A stretch of 25,431 bases of DNA, from assembly GCA_965237525.1 (NCBI GenBank), contig CBDEFO010000002.1:1-25431 (forward strand). The letters run 5' to 3'. The notes below the pieces were generated by a model. That model was not told the DNA's origin and searched no databases. It saw only the letters and a program-made list of their open reading frames with translations. The position numbers were made by a program, and so were the translations under genes. This DNA comes from Candidatus Latescibacterota bacterium (GTDB lineage: Bacteria > Latescibacterota > CBDEFO01). This document shows, one piece after another, positions 1 through 8,739 of this stretch. Positions within the stretch are counted from its first letter, which is position 1. Each line of letters opens with the position of its first letter.

Positions 1-714
1 TCTGCTTTTTGTGTCGATCAGATCATGGCCCATAAACGAGAGAAAAGCCCCTTTGCCCTTCGATTTGCTGTATAAGCGCGCGTCGGGGTCTGTAGTCGAA
101 CGGTGTGTTTGGTTCGTCCACTTTTCACCATGAAAGTCTTTATCCTGAGGATGCCCGGACCTACCCTTTGTCTTATCACCTTCAAAACCGATTCCCTTGA
201 GATAATCATCAAGAGAAACAGGGGGTTCTATCGGCTCAATACTTTTCACTGAAGCATCAGCTTGTATCTGAGTGCCGTCGACACTAAGGTGTTTACCGCT
301 CACAAGACCGACATCTATGCAACACTGGACTACCTGACGCATTATCCGTTCAAACAACCCACTGGATGCCCACTTGTGATTGCGAAGCTTGTTGATCGTG
401 CTCCTATCCGGAACCGCATCATCAAATGTCTGATGACAAAACAACCGATATGCCGCATGCATCCCCACTTCCTGACAGAGCCGATTCTCACTCAAATTAT
501 ACAGATAGCCAATAAGGATCATTCGAACAACTAATTCAGGATCAATACCGGGTCTGCCATTGTCAGGGCAATAACAATCTGATACAACGTCTCGTACAAA
601 TGAAAAATCAACTGCCTCATCAATCTGACGAAGGATATGATCCTCGGGAACTAAATCCTCCATCTGAAAATAGTGAAACATCGGATTTGTCTGTTCCTGC
701 TTTTGTGGGGTCAT
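1..714 (-). CDS. IS1182-family DDE transposase, N-terminal 238 codons (runs off the window edge; absent from the supplied ORF track)
   Basis: Manual translation from ATG at 714 (RBS GGAGG upstream) is open to position 1: MTPQKQEQTNPMFHYFQMEDLVPEDHILRQID...NGRPGIDPELVVRMILIGYLYNLSENRLC...VPDRSTI...HLSVDGTQIQADAS...HRSTTDPDARLYSK. The DUF772-type N-terminus, VDGT and STTDPDAR motifs are typical of IS1182. Confidence 0.9.
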   Translation of the reverse strand, partial: MTPQKQEQTNPMFHYFQMEDLVPEDHILRQIDEAVDFSFVRDVVSDCYCPDNGRPGIDPELVVRMILIGYLYNLSENRLCQEVGMHAAYRLFCHQTFDDAVPDRSTINKLRNHKWASSGLFERIMRQVVQCCIDVGLVSGKHLSVDGTQIQADASVKSIEPIEPPVSLDDYLKGIGFEGDKTKGRSGHPQDKDFHGEKWTNQTHRSTTDPDARLYSKSKGKGAFLSFMGHDLIDTKSR

Positions 715-822
715 TGTTTCCTCCATATATAATATTATCAATAACATAATATAATACATCGGAGCTGCTTTATCAATGCTTGTTCTATACTACTTTCTGA
801 ATCTAAGGGTTTTTCACAAGGC
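1..822 (-). mobile_element. IS1182-family insertion sequence, left part; left end probably near 822
   Basis: Transposase CDS plus about 110 bp of upstream non-coding DNA. The minus strand begins GCCTTGTGAAAAACCC at about 822, where the upstream gene abruptly ends. The exact end cannot be confirmed because the other terminus is outside the window. Confidence 0.7.
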
Positions 823-2269
823 TTTTAATATACCACATAGGTTCTTTCCCATAAAAACGGAGGTTTTCTCCGATTCCGTCAGGGTAATTCATATCGAATC
901 CGAAATAATCCATAACCCATGCCATCTTTCTTGCAACTCTGTCGTACAGGTCAGATTCGACATCCGGTTCAAAAAGACCGATGAATTCTGCAAAATTTTC
1001 GATTTCCGCGCCTTCTTCATGTTTGACAGGATGAGTACCGTAAGCCCCCCTTGTACAGCCAACAAACCCATATGGGGAAGTAGTCTGTATATCATCATAG
1101 GTGATTATCTCATTATCAATCAGCAACTCTCGACCGTAATGCCTGTGTTTACCCGCTTTATCAAGAAGCCCTTTGGGAGAGGTTGTCGTAGGAATAAATG
1201 TCTCAAATTCTTCTATATCTCTTTCTAGTATACGTTTGTTCTCCCATCGCTTGAGAAGACCCGGATCAGGTATTGGATGCACTAAAGAATCAGTCTTTGA
1301 AATTATTCTATCAAGAAAATGGACACCTGCCTTAAGCCCGGCGGCATGAATTTTGTCCACTGCTCTTTTCAGTCCAGCCTCTCCATTCGGGAAATTTTGT
1401 CTATTTATCAGATATGATCCATGCGAACTGGACCAGGTGCCATCATAAACCATAATGTACCCGAACCCACCTTCCAGAGCGTAATCAACTACTTCATCAA
1501 TGCTATCTTCAGAATAATCAATAAAAAGATATGACTGACGAATTTCTTTTGCCTTTCTTGCCCATACTCCATTTAAGGTCGGATGAGGTAAACCATTTTC
1601 AACCTCTACCTGTTCAACAATATCCAGGATATTTTCTGTAGGACATCCGATCAGCGCAATTTTCCCTCCTTCTAACCTGACACGACTATCACACCAGGCG
1701 ACAAGACTATTTGAAAGTGCTGCTTCGTTATAAACATTCCTGGTTGCACTTGATACCGTTTCGATGTTAAGAGGAATAATACAACCTGCAAAATCCTCAT
1801 CCCTTGTACAGGTCAAAGTTGTACTCATGAATTCTGCACTTGTAAGAGGAATATTCGCCAATTGAAATTCGCTCACACTATGATCATTGATCGAAATTAA
1901 TTCGAATGTTATGTAACTTTGCAAAATACGTACATGGATTCGTGCGCCAACATCAGCAATACCAAACGTAACAAATAAAAAATTGTTTTCATATTCGACC
2001 TTTGTTGCACCGATATAACCGCTCCCCATGTTAATTGACATAAAATTTGATTTTAAGTTCTTATCGAGGTAATCCCTCCCCGAATCTTTGTCTATAAAAG
2101 ATTTGTTCAATCCGTCAACCCCTATCACATAAGAGACCAGATCATTTTCGAAAATAATCTTATTATCCGAAATTTTTGGTGATAGATATTCTGTTATGAG
2201 TGGATATCCTCCAGCATCTAAAAATAGAGCTGAAGTAATGACTGCAGTGATTACAATTTTTCTATACAT
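803..2269 (-). pseudogene. Secreted glycoside-hydrolase-like (TIM-barrel) protein, probably C-terminally truncated by the IS
   Basis: Signal-peptide-like N-terminus (MYRKIVITAVITSALFLDAGG). The segment GYIMVYDGTW...NFPNGEAGLKRAVDKIHAAGLKAGVHF resembles GH27/GH36-like catalytic barrels. The last residues (SLVKNP*) are read from the putative IS end. Low GC compared with the core genes. Confidence 0.55.
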
Positions 2270-2446
2270 CAAGATTCAGCCTCTTTTTATCTCGCTTATT
2301 TGAAGGGAATTTTTATAAAATGGATTTTACATTTGTCAGATGCTGGATATCTCTTCGAGTTTTGGCAATAATTAAAATTTGTCCTTCCACGACTAACTTC
2401 GGAAACCAACTGTTGGCAGTTTAACAAATTTTCAACTTACTTACTA

Positions 2447-2498
2447 AATGGTCGGGGCGACTGGATTTAAAACAGCGACCACTGGCTCCCATGCCAGT
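2447..2498 (-). repeat. Degenerate duplicate of the 3' two-thirds of tRNA-Pro (att-like direct repeat)
   Basis: aatggtcggggcgactggatttaaaacagcgaccactggctcccatgccagt versus aatggtcggggcgactggatttgaaccagcgaccactggccccccatgccagt at 5056-5108; a few substitutions and a 1-bp indel. Confidence 0.92.
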
Positions 2499-2625
2499 AC
2501 AAAATTTTTGGCAAAAAGCCTCCAAGAAAGTGTTCAGTTCTTGAGGTGAAGTACAAATACGACTTGATGTAAGAGAGGCAGTCTCCCAGGCACATGGGAA
2601 GTAGCTTATAAAGCTTCAGGAATTT

Positions 2626-3686
2626 CTAAAAGAGAAGAGACAAGCTACGGCTTTCCTGCCAACTCCTCGATGGGAATGTATTCGATATCGAAACCAAAGC
2701 GCCGTGGGCCCATCCGCTCGGGTCCACCAGGATGATCAAATCCAGGGTGGTCGCTACCACACGGCCGTCCAGCCAGCAGATATGTTGCTCGTTTTCACCC
2801 AGATGCGACATACCTGTCCGGTGAACTACCCGCTGCCCTTTAGGTAGTAATTCAAGTAGCGGAAAGTGTACGTCTCGCGACTCTCCCACTTCACATCGGT
2901 CGCCTGTCACTGGAATAGTAACCAGCCGTCAATAGCGTGCAAGATGGTTCCGACCGGCTTACCCTGTTCCCTTCCTCTGCGGATGGCTTGTCCCAGGCGC
3001 AACGACACACTGAAACTGTTCCGCACCAGGAACCGCTTGGCCATTCTGCTGTGCAGTAGGTAGCCTGCCGTGCCGATGCCGCCCCCATAGGTTACGACAC
3101 TAAGCATTCGACCAACGCGATCCGCCATCGCCGTGCTTGCCTCCTCCTTAAGGATGAGAGTGTTTCCCCAGCGGTCCACAAAGGCTGCCGGACAGAAAGT
3201 GCACCCGAATATCTCGGGCTTCATCATCTGTACCTCGGGGATGGCTCGGCCTACGTAGTCACCATCGACGATAGGCACGCCGAGTCGCGCTGCGGTGGCA
3301 ATAGGCTGAGCGGTATTCGAGTTGCCCAGTTCGGCCGAGACCAAGGCACCTACTTTCACTCCAGCGTATTCCTCTAACTCACGGACGGCTGCTACCATGT
3401 AATCTGTGGGACCGTGAGCGACTCTGGTCAGACCGAACTCGGCCAGTTCCTCCGACGGCGGTGGAGTGTCAGGATCACGGCCGCCGAGGACAATGGTTGT
3501 CACCGTCCAGAGATCATCCGGCAGGTTGTCTATATCTGGGATCTCTATCCTTCCCCGAGCCTTCAGTTCCTGTTCCAGCATCTCGACACCGTCAGAGGCC
3601 TTGCCACCCCCGCCCCCGGTGGCGAGGAAGGTCAGGCCCCACACAAAGTCCTCCACATCCTGCTGGCTAGTCAGCGTCAGTGCCAC
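2626..3686 (-). pseudogene. DUF917-family protein, disrupted in its C-terminal part
   Basis: Motifs GLTFLATGGGG, AELGNSNT, VDGDYVGRAIPE. Reading past the TGA at 2907-2909 gives QATDVKWESRETYTFRYLNYYLKGSG*(TAG 2826-2828)FTGQVCRIWVK. A frameshift near 2795 then leads into NEQHICWLDGRVVATTLDLIILVD, matching the DUF917 C-terminal pattern (KNE...PDLI). Confidence 0.85.
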
Positions 3687-3743
3687 CGGATGCTTCCTCC
3701 TCGTTCTTCATCCCTGAGCACATCTGGTCTTAGTGACAGCTAT

Positions 3744-4982
3744 CTATCCCGGCGCCTCAAGATGCCGAAGCAATTTTTCATGCTGCTCCCTGAATGGAGT
3801 GGAATCCTTGTCTGCCTGGGCAATCGCCTCCTCAGACAGCCCGGACTCGTTGACGACGGTAGCAAATCTAACCAGCTGGCTGAGTTTATTCCAGACCAGA
3901 GGGAGGAGTTTCCGTTCTCGGGCATAAGGGCTGAAACCACAGTTTGACGTCAAAATGATGTGCTCTATGGAGACGTATTCCATGACGCTCTTGAGCCTGC
4001 GAAACATGATATCCAGAGTCTCCAAAGTGTAGTCATTGGAATAGATAATTCCAAATAGCAGGCGAGCTTCAGCCGGGAAATGTTTCAACGCCTCCAAATC
4101 CGCCGTTGTATCGTTGAGAGCTACGCTGAACTGGTCACACCGAAGTGTCTTTATGATTCTTTCAAGAAGTCCAGCCTCGCTCCATGGAATACTTTTGTGA
4201 TCAATGGATCTGCAAAAATGTACGGCTGAGGCCGCTGAGCGCATGTGAGAGAAGAGTTGGTTTGAAGAATTGATGAAGAGATCGGCCTCTCTCTCCAAGT
4301 TGAGCAGCTGCCGGAGTCGGGAGTCGAGCAACATCGGGAGGCGATCATCGTCGAATTGAATCACCTCGATACCCAAGAGCTCACAGTCTTCAATAATGGG
4401 CTTATAGTGTCTTACGATGTCATCCAAATACTCTTCTTGAGTAGAATAAGCATCGCGGGAAAAAGTGGGATGCCAGCTTGCGCGCATGATCTGGTAAGGT
4501 GAAGGCATGGTCAGCTTCACTACTTTTGAAGCGTACTTTTTCATCACTTGGGCTTCTCGATGGAAGACACTATTGCCAATGTCGCCACTCTTTCTTGCTA
4601 ATTTATCGACGATAACTGCACCATATTTGAGCCAAGCGGGGTTAGCTCCATAGGCCTTGGGTTGCTCCCAGACCCTGTAAGCTTGGCCGACGTGGTGGTC
4701 CCAATAACGGCCGTCGTCCAACAGGGTGGGCACGTTAATACCCGTTGGCATGTATCCATCGAAGCAATCGTAGAAAACCGAGAAATAGCCTGATCTTTGT
4801 ATCTCTCCGTCGTTGACGATATCCAGGCCGAGGCTCTCTTGTTTCAGGACAATCTCCTTAGCCTCCTCCTCCAGGACGGCTAACGCTCTTGGGTTTCGAT
4901 ACACATTTTCGTAGTCTCTGAACTGGTTCAGAACCTCATCGCTCCTGGGGAGGCTACCCAGCACACTGGTTTGCAGAGTCAT
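3744..4982 (-). CDS. Cobalamin-independent methionine synthase II / MetE C-terminal-like (URO-D/MetE superfamily) zinc protein
   Basis: LGSLPRS, QESLGLDIVNDGEIQR, KLTMPSP, VIQFDD, putative Zn ligands HFC and SNCGF; single-barrel length of 412 aa. Confidence 0.85.
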   Translation of the reverse strand: MTLQTSVLGSLPRSDEVLNQFRDYENVYRNPRALAVLEEEAKEIVLKQESLGLDIVNDGEIQRSGYFSVFYDCFDGYMPTGINVPTLLDDGRYWDHHVGQAYRVWEQPKAYGANPAWLKYGAVIVDKLARKSGDIGNSVFHREAQVMKKYASKVVKLTMPSPYQIMRASWHPTFSRDAYSTQEEYLDDIVRHYKPIIEDCELLGIEVIQFDDDRLPMLLDSRLRQLLNLEREADLFINSSNQLFSHMRSAASAVHFCRSIDHKSIPWSEAGLLERIIKTLRCDQFSVALNDTTADLEALKHFPAEARLLFGIIYSNDYTLETLDIMFRRLKSVMEYVSIEHIILTSNCGFSPYARERKLLPLVWNKLSQLVRFATVVNESGLSEEAIAQADKDSTPFREQHEKLLRHLEAPG

Positions 4983-5057
4983 TCGTATTGATCACTTCCT
5001 GGGATTTTATTTCAAGTCTTCGAGCCAGCAGAGGGCCCCCTGAGCTATGGGTGGGAA

Positions 5058-5134
5058 TGGTCGGGGCGACTGGATTTGAACCAGCGACCACTGGCCCCCC
5101 ATGCCAGTGCGCTACCGGACTGCGCCACGCCCCG
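5058..5134 (-). tRNA. tRNA-Pro (anticodon GGG), CCA encoded
   Basis: Reverse complement CGGGGCG TG GCGC AGTCCGGTA GCGC A CTGGC ATGGGGG GCCAG TGGTC GCTGG TTCAAAT CCAGT CGCCCCG ACCA folds as a canonical 77-nt cloverleaf. Confidence 0.98.
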
Positions 5135-5143
5135 ACTGGTGAA

Positions 5144-5172
5144 ACTATAATACATCTGAAACGATTTGTCAA
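5144..5172 (-). promoter_or_regulatory. Sigma70-type promoter of tRNA-Pro
   Basis: TTGACA-17 bp-TATAGT on the minus strand, ending 10 bp upstream of the tRNA. Confidence 0.85.
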
Positions 5173-5233
5173 GGATATTCTCCCTTTGGCCAGAGCTATT
5201 TAGTTTTCTCGGAGAAGCACTGGAAAGCCTTTT

Positions 5234-5316
5234 AGATTGCTTCGGGGTGAACCCCCTCGCAATGACCCAAAGACGAAGCTAAGCAGTGTAATTGCGAGCG
5301 AAGCGAAGCAATCTCA
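5234..5316. repeat. Palindromic intergenic repeat (GATTGCTTC...CTCGCAATGAC / GTAATTGCGAG...GAAGCAATC family)
   Basis: Same half-motifs as at 17948-18109 and 25128-25270, here in swapped order and with a GGGGTGAACCCC mini-hairpin inside. Confidence 0.8.
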
Positions 5317-5396
5317 ATTCTGTTGTTGAAACGATCCTAACGTCCAAACGAAAACAACTAAATGACCCTGCCCTTTGGAGGATGAACGGTCATCTT

Positions 5397-7766
5397 TCAG
5401 TCCAGCATGGTCTCGACTTCTACTTTATCCTCCCAAATCTTAATCGTCACCGCTCCACTTTTGTCTGTCCTGTATATCTTCGCCCCTGAGCTTTCGTATC
5501 TCTCCAATACATCAGCAGATGGATGACCGAACCTGTTCTTTTGCCCCACAGATACTACAGCTATCCGCGGATTTACCGATCGGATGAAGTCTTCGCTCGA
5601 AGATGTGGACGACCCGTGATGCGGGGCTTTCAGAACGGTCGAAGAGAGGCGATCCTTCCATCTCAAAAGCGATTTATCAGCTGCGTTTTCGACGTCGCCC
5701 GTCAAAAGCAGAGATTGCCCCTCGTACGTCAAAGTCATAACTAGAGAGCTGTTATTCAGACCATAGCTCGCCTTTGGGTAGTCTGATACGAATTCTGATG
5801 TGGGATGAAGGACTAAGGCCCCGATTCCCAGACCGGCAAGGCTGTCTCCGGAAGAGGCGTAATGCCTTTTGATCCCCTTCTCTCGGAGGATCTCTTCGAA
5901 CTGGCTCCACATTTTAGAATCGTGGACCTGACCGCTCTCCAACAGATGCTGCACATCGAAATTCCGCAGAACAGGCAGCAACCCTCCTATATGATCGCTG
6001 TGCGGATGAGACACAGCGACTACATCTATCTTATCTACACCTCGATGTCGAAGGAAGGAGGCGATAGTTGATCTACCAAAAGACCTCTTCTTTGGACCTC
6101 CGTCCATAAGCATAACTTTTCCGTTCGGGAACTTGATGAATATTCCATCCCCCTGACCGACGTCTAAAAAGACTACTTCCAGTCTATCCTTCTCCCATAT
6201 CCCTTTCCAGACATAGACGTTGACCACTATCAGAACGAGAAAGAGAGCGATCTTCCTTGCGCGAATAGATCTCCATCCGAATGCTATTATGCATAGGATC
6301 AGATAATAGCTCAAAAAGAAGAACCAGGAGGGACTCTGAACTGTTGCAGAAGAAAAAGAGAAACTTGAGAGGAAATAGGCCTCCGATAACATAAGTTTGA
6401 GGAATAACGAGCCCACGGCGTTGAATATTGTAGCTATTAGATGGAGACAGGGGCCCAAAATCACAGATACAAGGCCTGAAGCTATGACTCCTATAGCTGT
6501 GGGGACTATGACGAGGTTAGCAATCGGAAAGATGAGTGATAGTCTATTGAAATTAGAAGCTACTATTGGAGCAGTTCCTAAGTAAGCAGCCGTACTAACT
6601 ATAAATATTCCTATGATCCATTCAATCCACCGATGAGATGAAGTACCTTCAGGCCGAAGGTTCAACATCATACCGTAAAACAAGAGCATGAAGAGCAGGG
6701 ACAGAAACGATAATTGGAGACCAGCATCAAAGAGGCTTTGGGGCCACACCATAAGGATAATCAGCGCTGAGACGCCGAGGCTGTTGACAGACTCACTGTT
6801 TCTCTCCAGTGCAAAGGCTAGTATAATAAGCGAGAACATAATGGAAGCCCTTACGACAGATGGCCTGAAATCCAATATCAGAACGTAGAGACACAATATA
6901 AGGATTACGGTAGCAGAAGCCCATCTGCGTGGGAGAAAGAAACTGAAGATAGTTAGAAAAAAACCGGCTATTATCCCGACATGAAGCCCTGAAATGGCTA
7001 AGATATGTCCTGTCCCTGAAGCGATGAAAGCCTCTTTGATCTCAGTTGAAAGTCTTCCTCTCTCTCCCAAGATGAGGGACTTCATAAGTGCGCGGTGCTC
7101 TCCTAACAGGTTCCTTTCTATCGACTCTCTAATATGCCTTTTAAGCGGATAGACTATCTTTGAAAGGATGAAACTCCCTTCTCCTTCCGAGATATCCAGG
7201 ATTTGATCGTCATCGTTGATATAGACCGCGCCGAAGATGCCTCTCCTTAAGAGGTACTTGCGGTAGTCAAACTCTCCGGGATTCCTTGCGGGACGTGGGC
7301 GATTCAGATCGCCCTTCAGGACGATTCTATCTCCGTATCCTATATAGTCTGCGTTGCTGCTCAGAACCAGCAAGACATCTCCCTGAACCTGATAGGAGAC
7401 TCCGCTATGTTCGACATCGGAGACATTCATTACGACCCTGGTATTCCACTTCCTTTCGTCAGGCTCACCGCCTATCGTTCCTTTCAAGATGATTTCGCGG
7501 TCGAAATAAGGGAATTTGGAGATGTGATTTTGAGGGAGTAGACGTGTCTTTGTCTCATAGCGCAAAGTTCCGCCAAAGGCCAACATCAAGAGGAAAATCG
7601 CACTGATGGGAAGATTTCCCGATCTTTTGAAGATCGTAAAAAGCAAGCACAGCAGAAATAGTACGACAAAGGATATAAAAAGAGGAAGAATGGGAGGGTT
7701 TGCGTAGTAGCCAAATAAAATGCCGCAGCTTAACGCTGCGGCTGATATAAGGGCGGGTCTTCTCAT
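5397..7766 (-). CDS. comEC: DNA internalization competence protein ComEC/Rec2
   Basis: RNPGEFDY, GTGHILAISGLHVG and PSVVRA competence-domain motifs; multiple TM segments; C-terminal metallo-beta-lactamase domain (FLDVGQGD, SHPHSDHIGG, TGD, PHHGS, FGHP). Confidence 0.97.
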   Translation of the reverse strand: MRRPALISAAALSCGILFGYYANPPILPLFISFVVLFLLCLLFTIFKRSGNLPISAIFLLMLAFGGTLRYETKTRLLPQNHISKFPYFDREIILKGTIGGEPDERKWNTRVVMNVSDVEHSGVSYQVQGDVLLVLSSNADYIGYGDRIVLKGDLNRPRPARNPGEFDYRKYLLRRGIFGAVYINDDDQILDISEGEGSFILSKIVYPLKRHIRESIERNLLGEHRALMKSLILGERGRLSTEIKEAFIASGTGHILAISGLHVGIIAGFFLTIFSFFLPRRWASATVILILCLYVLILDFRPSVVRASIMFSLIILAFALERNSESVNSLGVSALIILMVWPQSLFDAGLQLSFLSLLFMLLFYGMMLNLRPEGTSSHRWIEWIIGIFIVSTAAYLGTAPIVASNFNRLSLIFPIANLVIVPTAIGVIASGLVSVILGPCLHLIATIFNAVGSLFLKLMLSEAYFLSSFSFSSATVQSPSWFFFLSYYLILCIIAFGWRSIRARKIALFLVLIVVNVYVWKGIWEKDRLEVVFLDVGQGDGIFIKFPNGKVMLMDGGPKKRSFGRSTIASFLRHRGVDKIDVVAVSHPHSDHIGGLLPVLRNFDVQHLLESGQVHDSKMWSQFEEILREKGIKRHYASSGDSLAGLGIGALVLHPTSEFVSDYPKASYGLNNSSLVMTLTYEGQSLLLTGDVENAADKSLLRWKDRLSSTVLKAPHHGSSTSSSEDFIRSVNPRIAVVSVGQKNRFGHPSADVLERYESSGAKIYRTDKSGAVTIKIWEDKVEVETMLD

Positions 7767-7793
7767 TTTTCTACCCTTAGGGGTAATTCGTCT

Positions 7794-8699
7794 TTACGGC
7801 TGTATGATGCTCCTTTCCAAATCATTCACAGCTGCCTGGACAACCTCCCAGCAGATATTGCAAGTGTCCTTGTCGGGGTATTCGTCAAGAGCAAGTTGCT
7901 GCTGTACGTGAACTATATTGCGCGATTCACGCAGAAAATGAGAGAAGCGTTTGACATCGACCTGAAGCCAGCCGCACTCATGAGCAACATCTATGAGAGC
8001 ATTTAAATGCCAATCGCCAAAACTGAGAGGCTTTCTCATCTGATCTTGTGGCGCAGCCTTAGCTTTATTTGATTTCTCCGGATTACACTCATGATCTTGT
8101 GGCGCAGCCTTAGCTTTATTTGATTTCTCCGGATTACACTTAACGACGGCTAATAGAGTGCCTTCAAGAACGCTACCCATCATTACAATGGCTGATAGAT
8201 GGGCACCGGCACGCGAACAAACCTGTGCCTCTTTCCATCGATTGCGAAGGATTGACGCTAATTGTGGATCGTTAGTCAGTTTATCGAAATCGGGCGGCTG
8301 TGATATGGCTTTGTCTGGTGAAGGAGAAGGAGAATCTGGTTCGACTTGTGATACCTTCGGTTTGACGCCAGCCAGACTTACTGAGAAACCTTCCACGATA
8401 AGGATGTCGTTCAGTTTCTTGACCGCGGACAAGTGTGCCTCAGAGTTCCCCTTATACTCTTTAGGGTTTGCAAGACGTAACATAATGGCTTGCATGTCAT
8501 TAGGGTTGTCCTTGTATTCATCGAGCCGTGTCCGCGTCCACCGCTTCCGCGTTGTTCCGTCGTGGTCGGGGCATGTCAATCCTGCCCTTTGAAAGAACTC
8601 CGGCAGTTCCCATCCTGCGCGGTACCATGGCTCTTTATCACCACATATAAGTTCAGCAAGAGCTTCAAAGCTCTGGGTATCAAAATCATCAAATTTCAT
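7794..8699 (-). CDS. Hypothetical protein: Abi-like N-terminal domain plus HEPN-like C-terminal domain (putative defence protein)
   Basis: N-terminus ALAELICGD...YRAGWELPEFF...HDGTTRKRW recalls AbiJ-type N-terminal domains. The C-terminus has SAIVMMGSVLEG and LRESRNIVH (HEPN-like R..H motif). Recognised by eye only. Confidence 0.55.
   Translation of the reverse strand: MKFDDFDTQSFEALAELICGDKEPWYRAGWELPEFFQRAGLTCPDHDGTTRKRWTRTRLDEYKDNPNDMQAIMLRLANPKEYKGNSEAHLSAVKKLNDILIVEGFSVSLAGVKPKVSQVEPDSPSPSPDKAISQPPDFDKLTNDPQLASILRNRWKEAQVCSRAGAHLSAIVMMGSVLEGTLLAVVKCNPEKSNKAKAAPQDHECNPEKSNKAKAAPQDQMRKPLSFGDWHLNALIDVAHECGWLQVDVKRFSHFLRESRNIVHVQQQLALDEYPDKDTCNICWEVVQAAVNDLERSIIQP
8041..8140. repeat. In-frame tandem duplication, 51-bp period
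   Basis: 49-bp identical units at 8041-8089 and 8092-8140; protein reads CNPEKSNKAKAAPQD twice. Confidence 0.97.
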
Positions 8700-8739
8700 T
8701 GTCTACTGCTTCTGCCCGACTATATATGAGGTGCTTGAC

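Noticed and set aside
18..534. ORF-track entries 18..212 (-) and 262..534 (+)
   Set aside because: Alternative-frame and antisense shadows of the IS1182 transposase.
2449..2498. Second tRNA-Pro gene
   Set aside because: Lacks the 5' acceptor strand and D arm and has T-arm mutations; it is an att-like fragment.
2907..2909. In-frame TGA in DUF917 as possible selenocysteine or read-through
   Set aside because: It is followed by an in-frame TAG and a frameshift, and the position most plausibly was Gly (GGA); ordinary pseudogenisation explains it.
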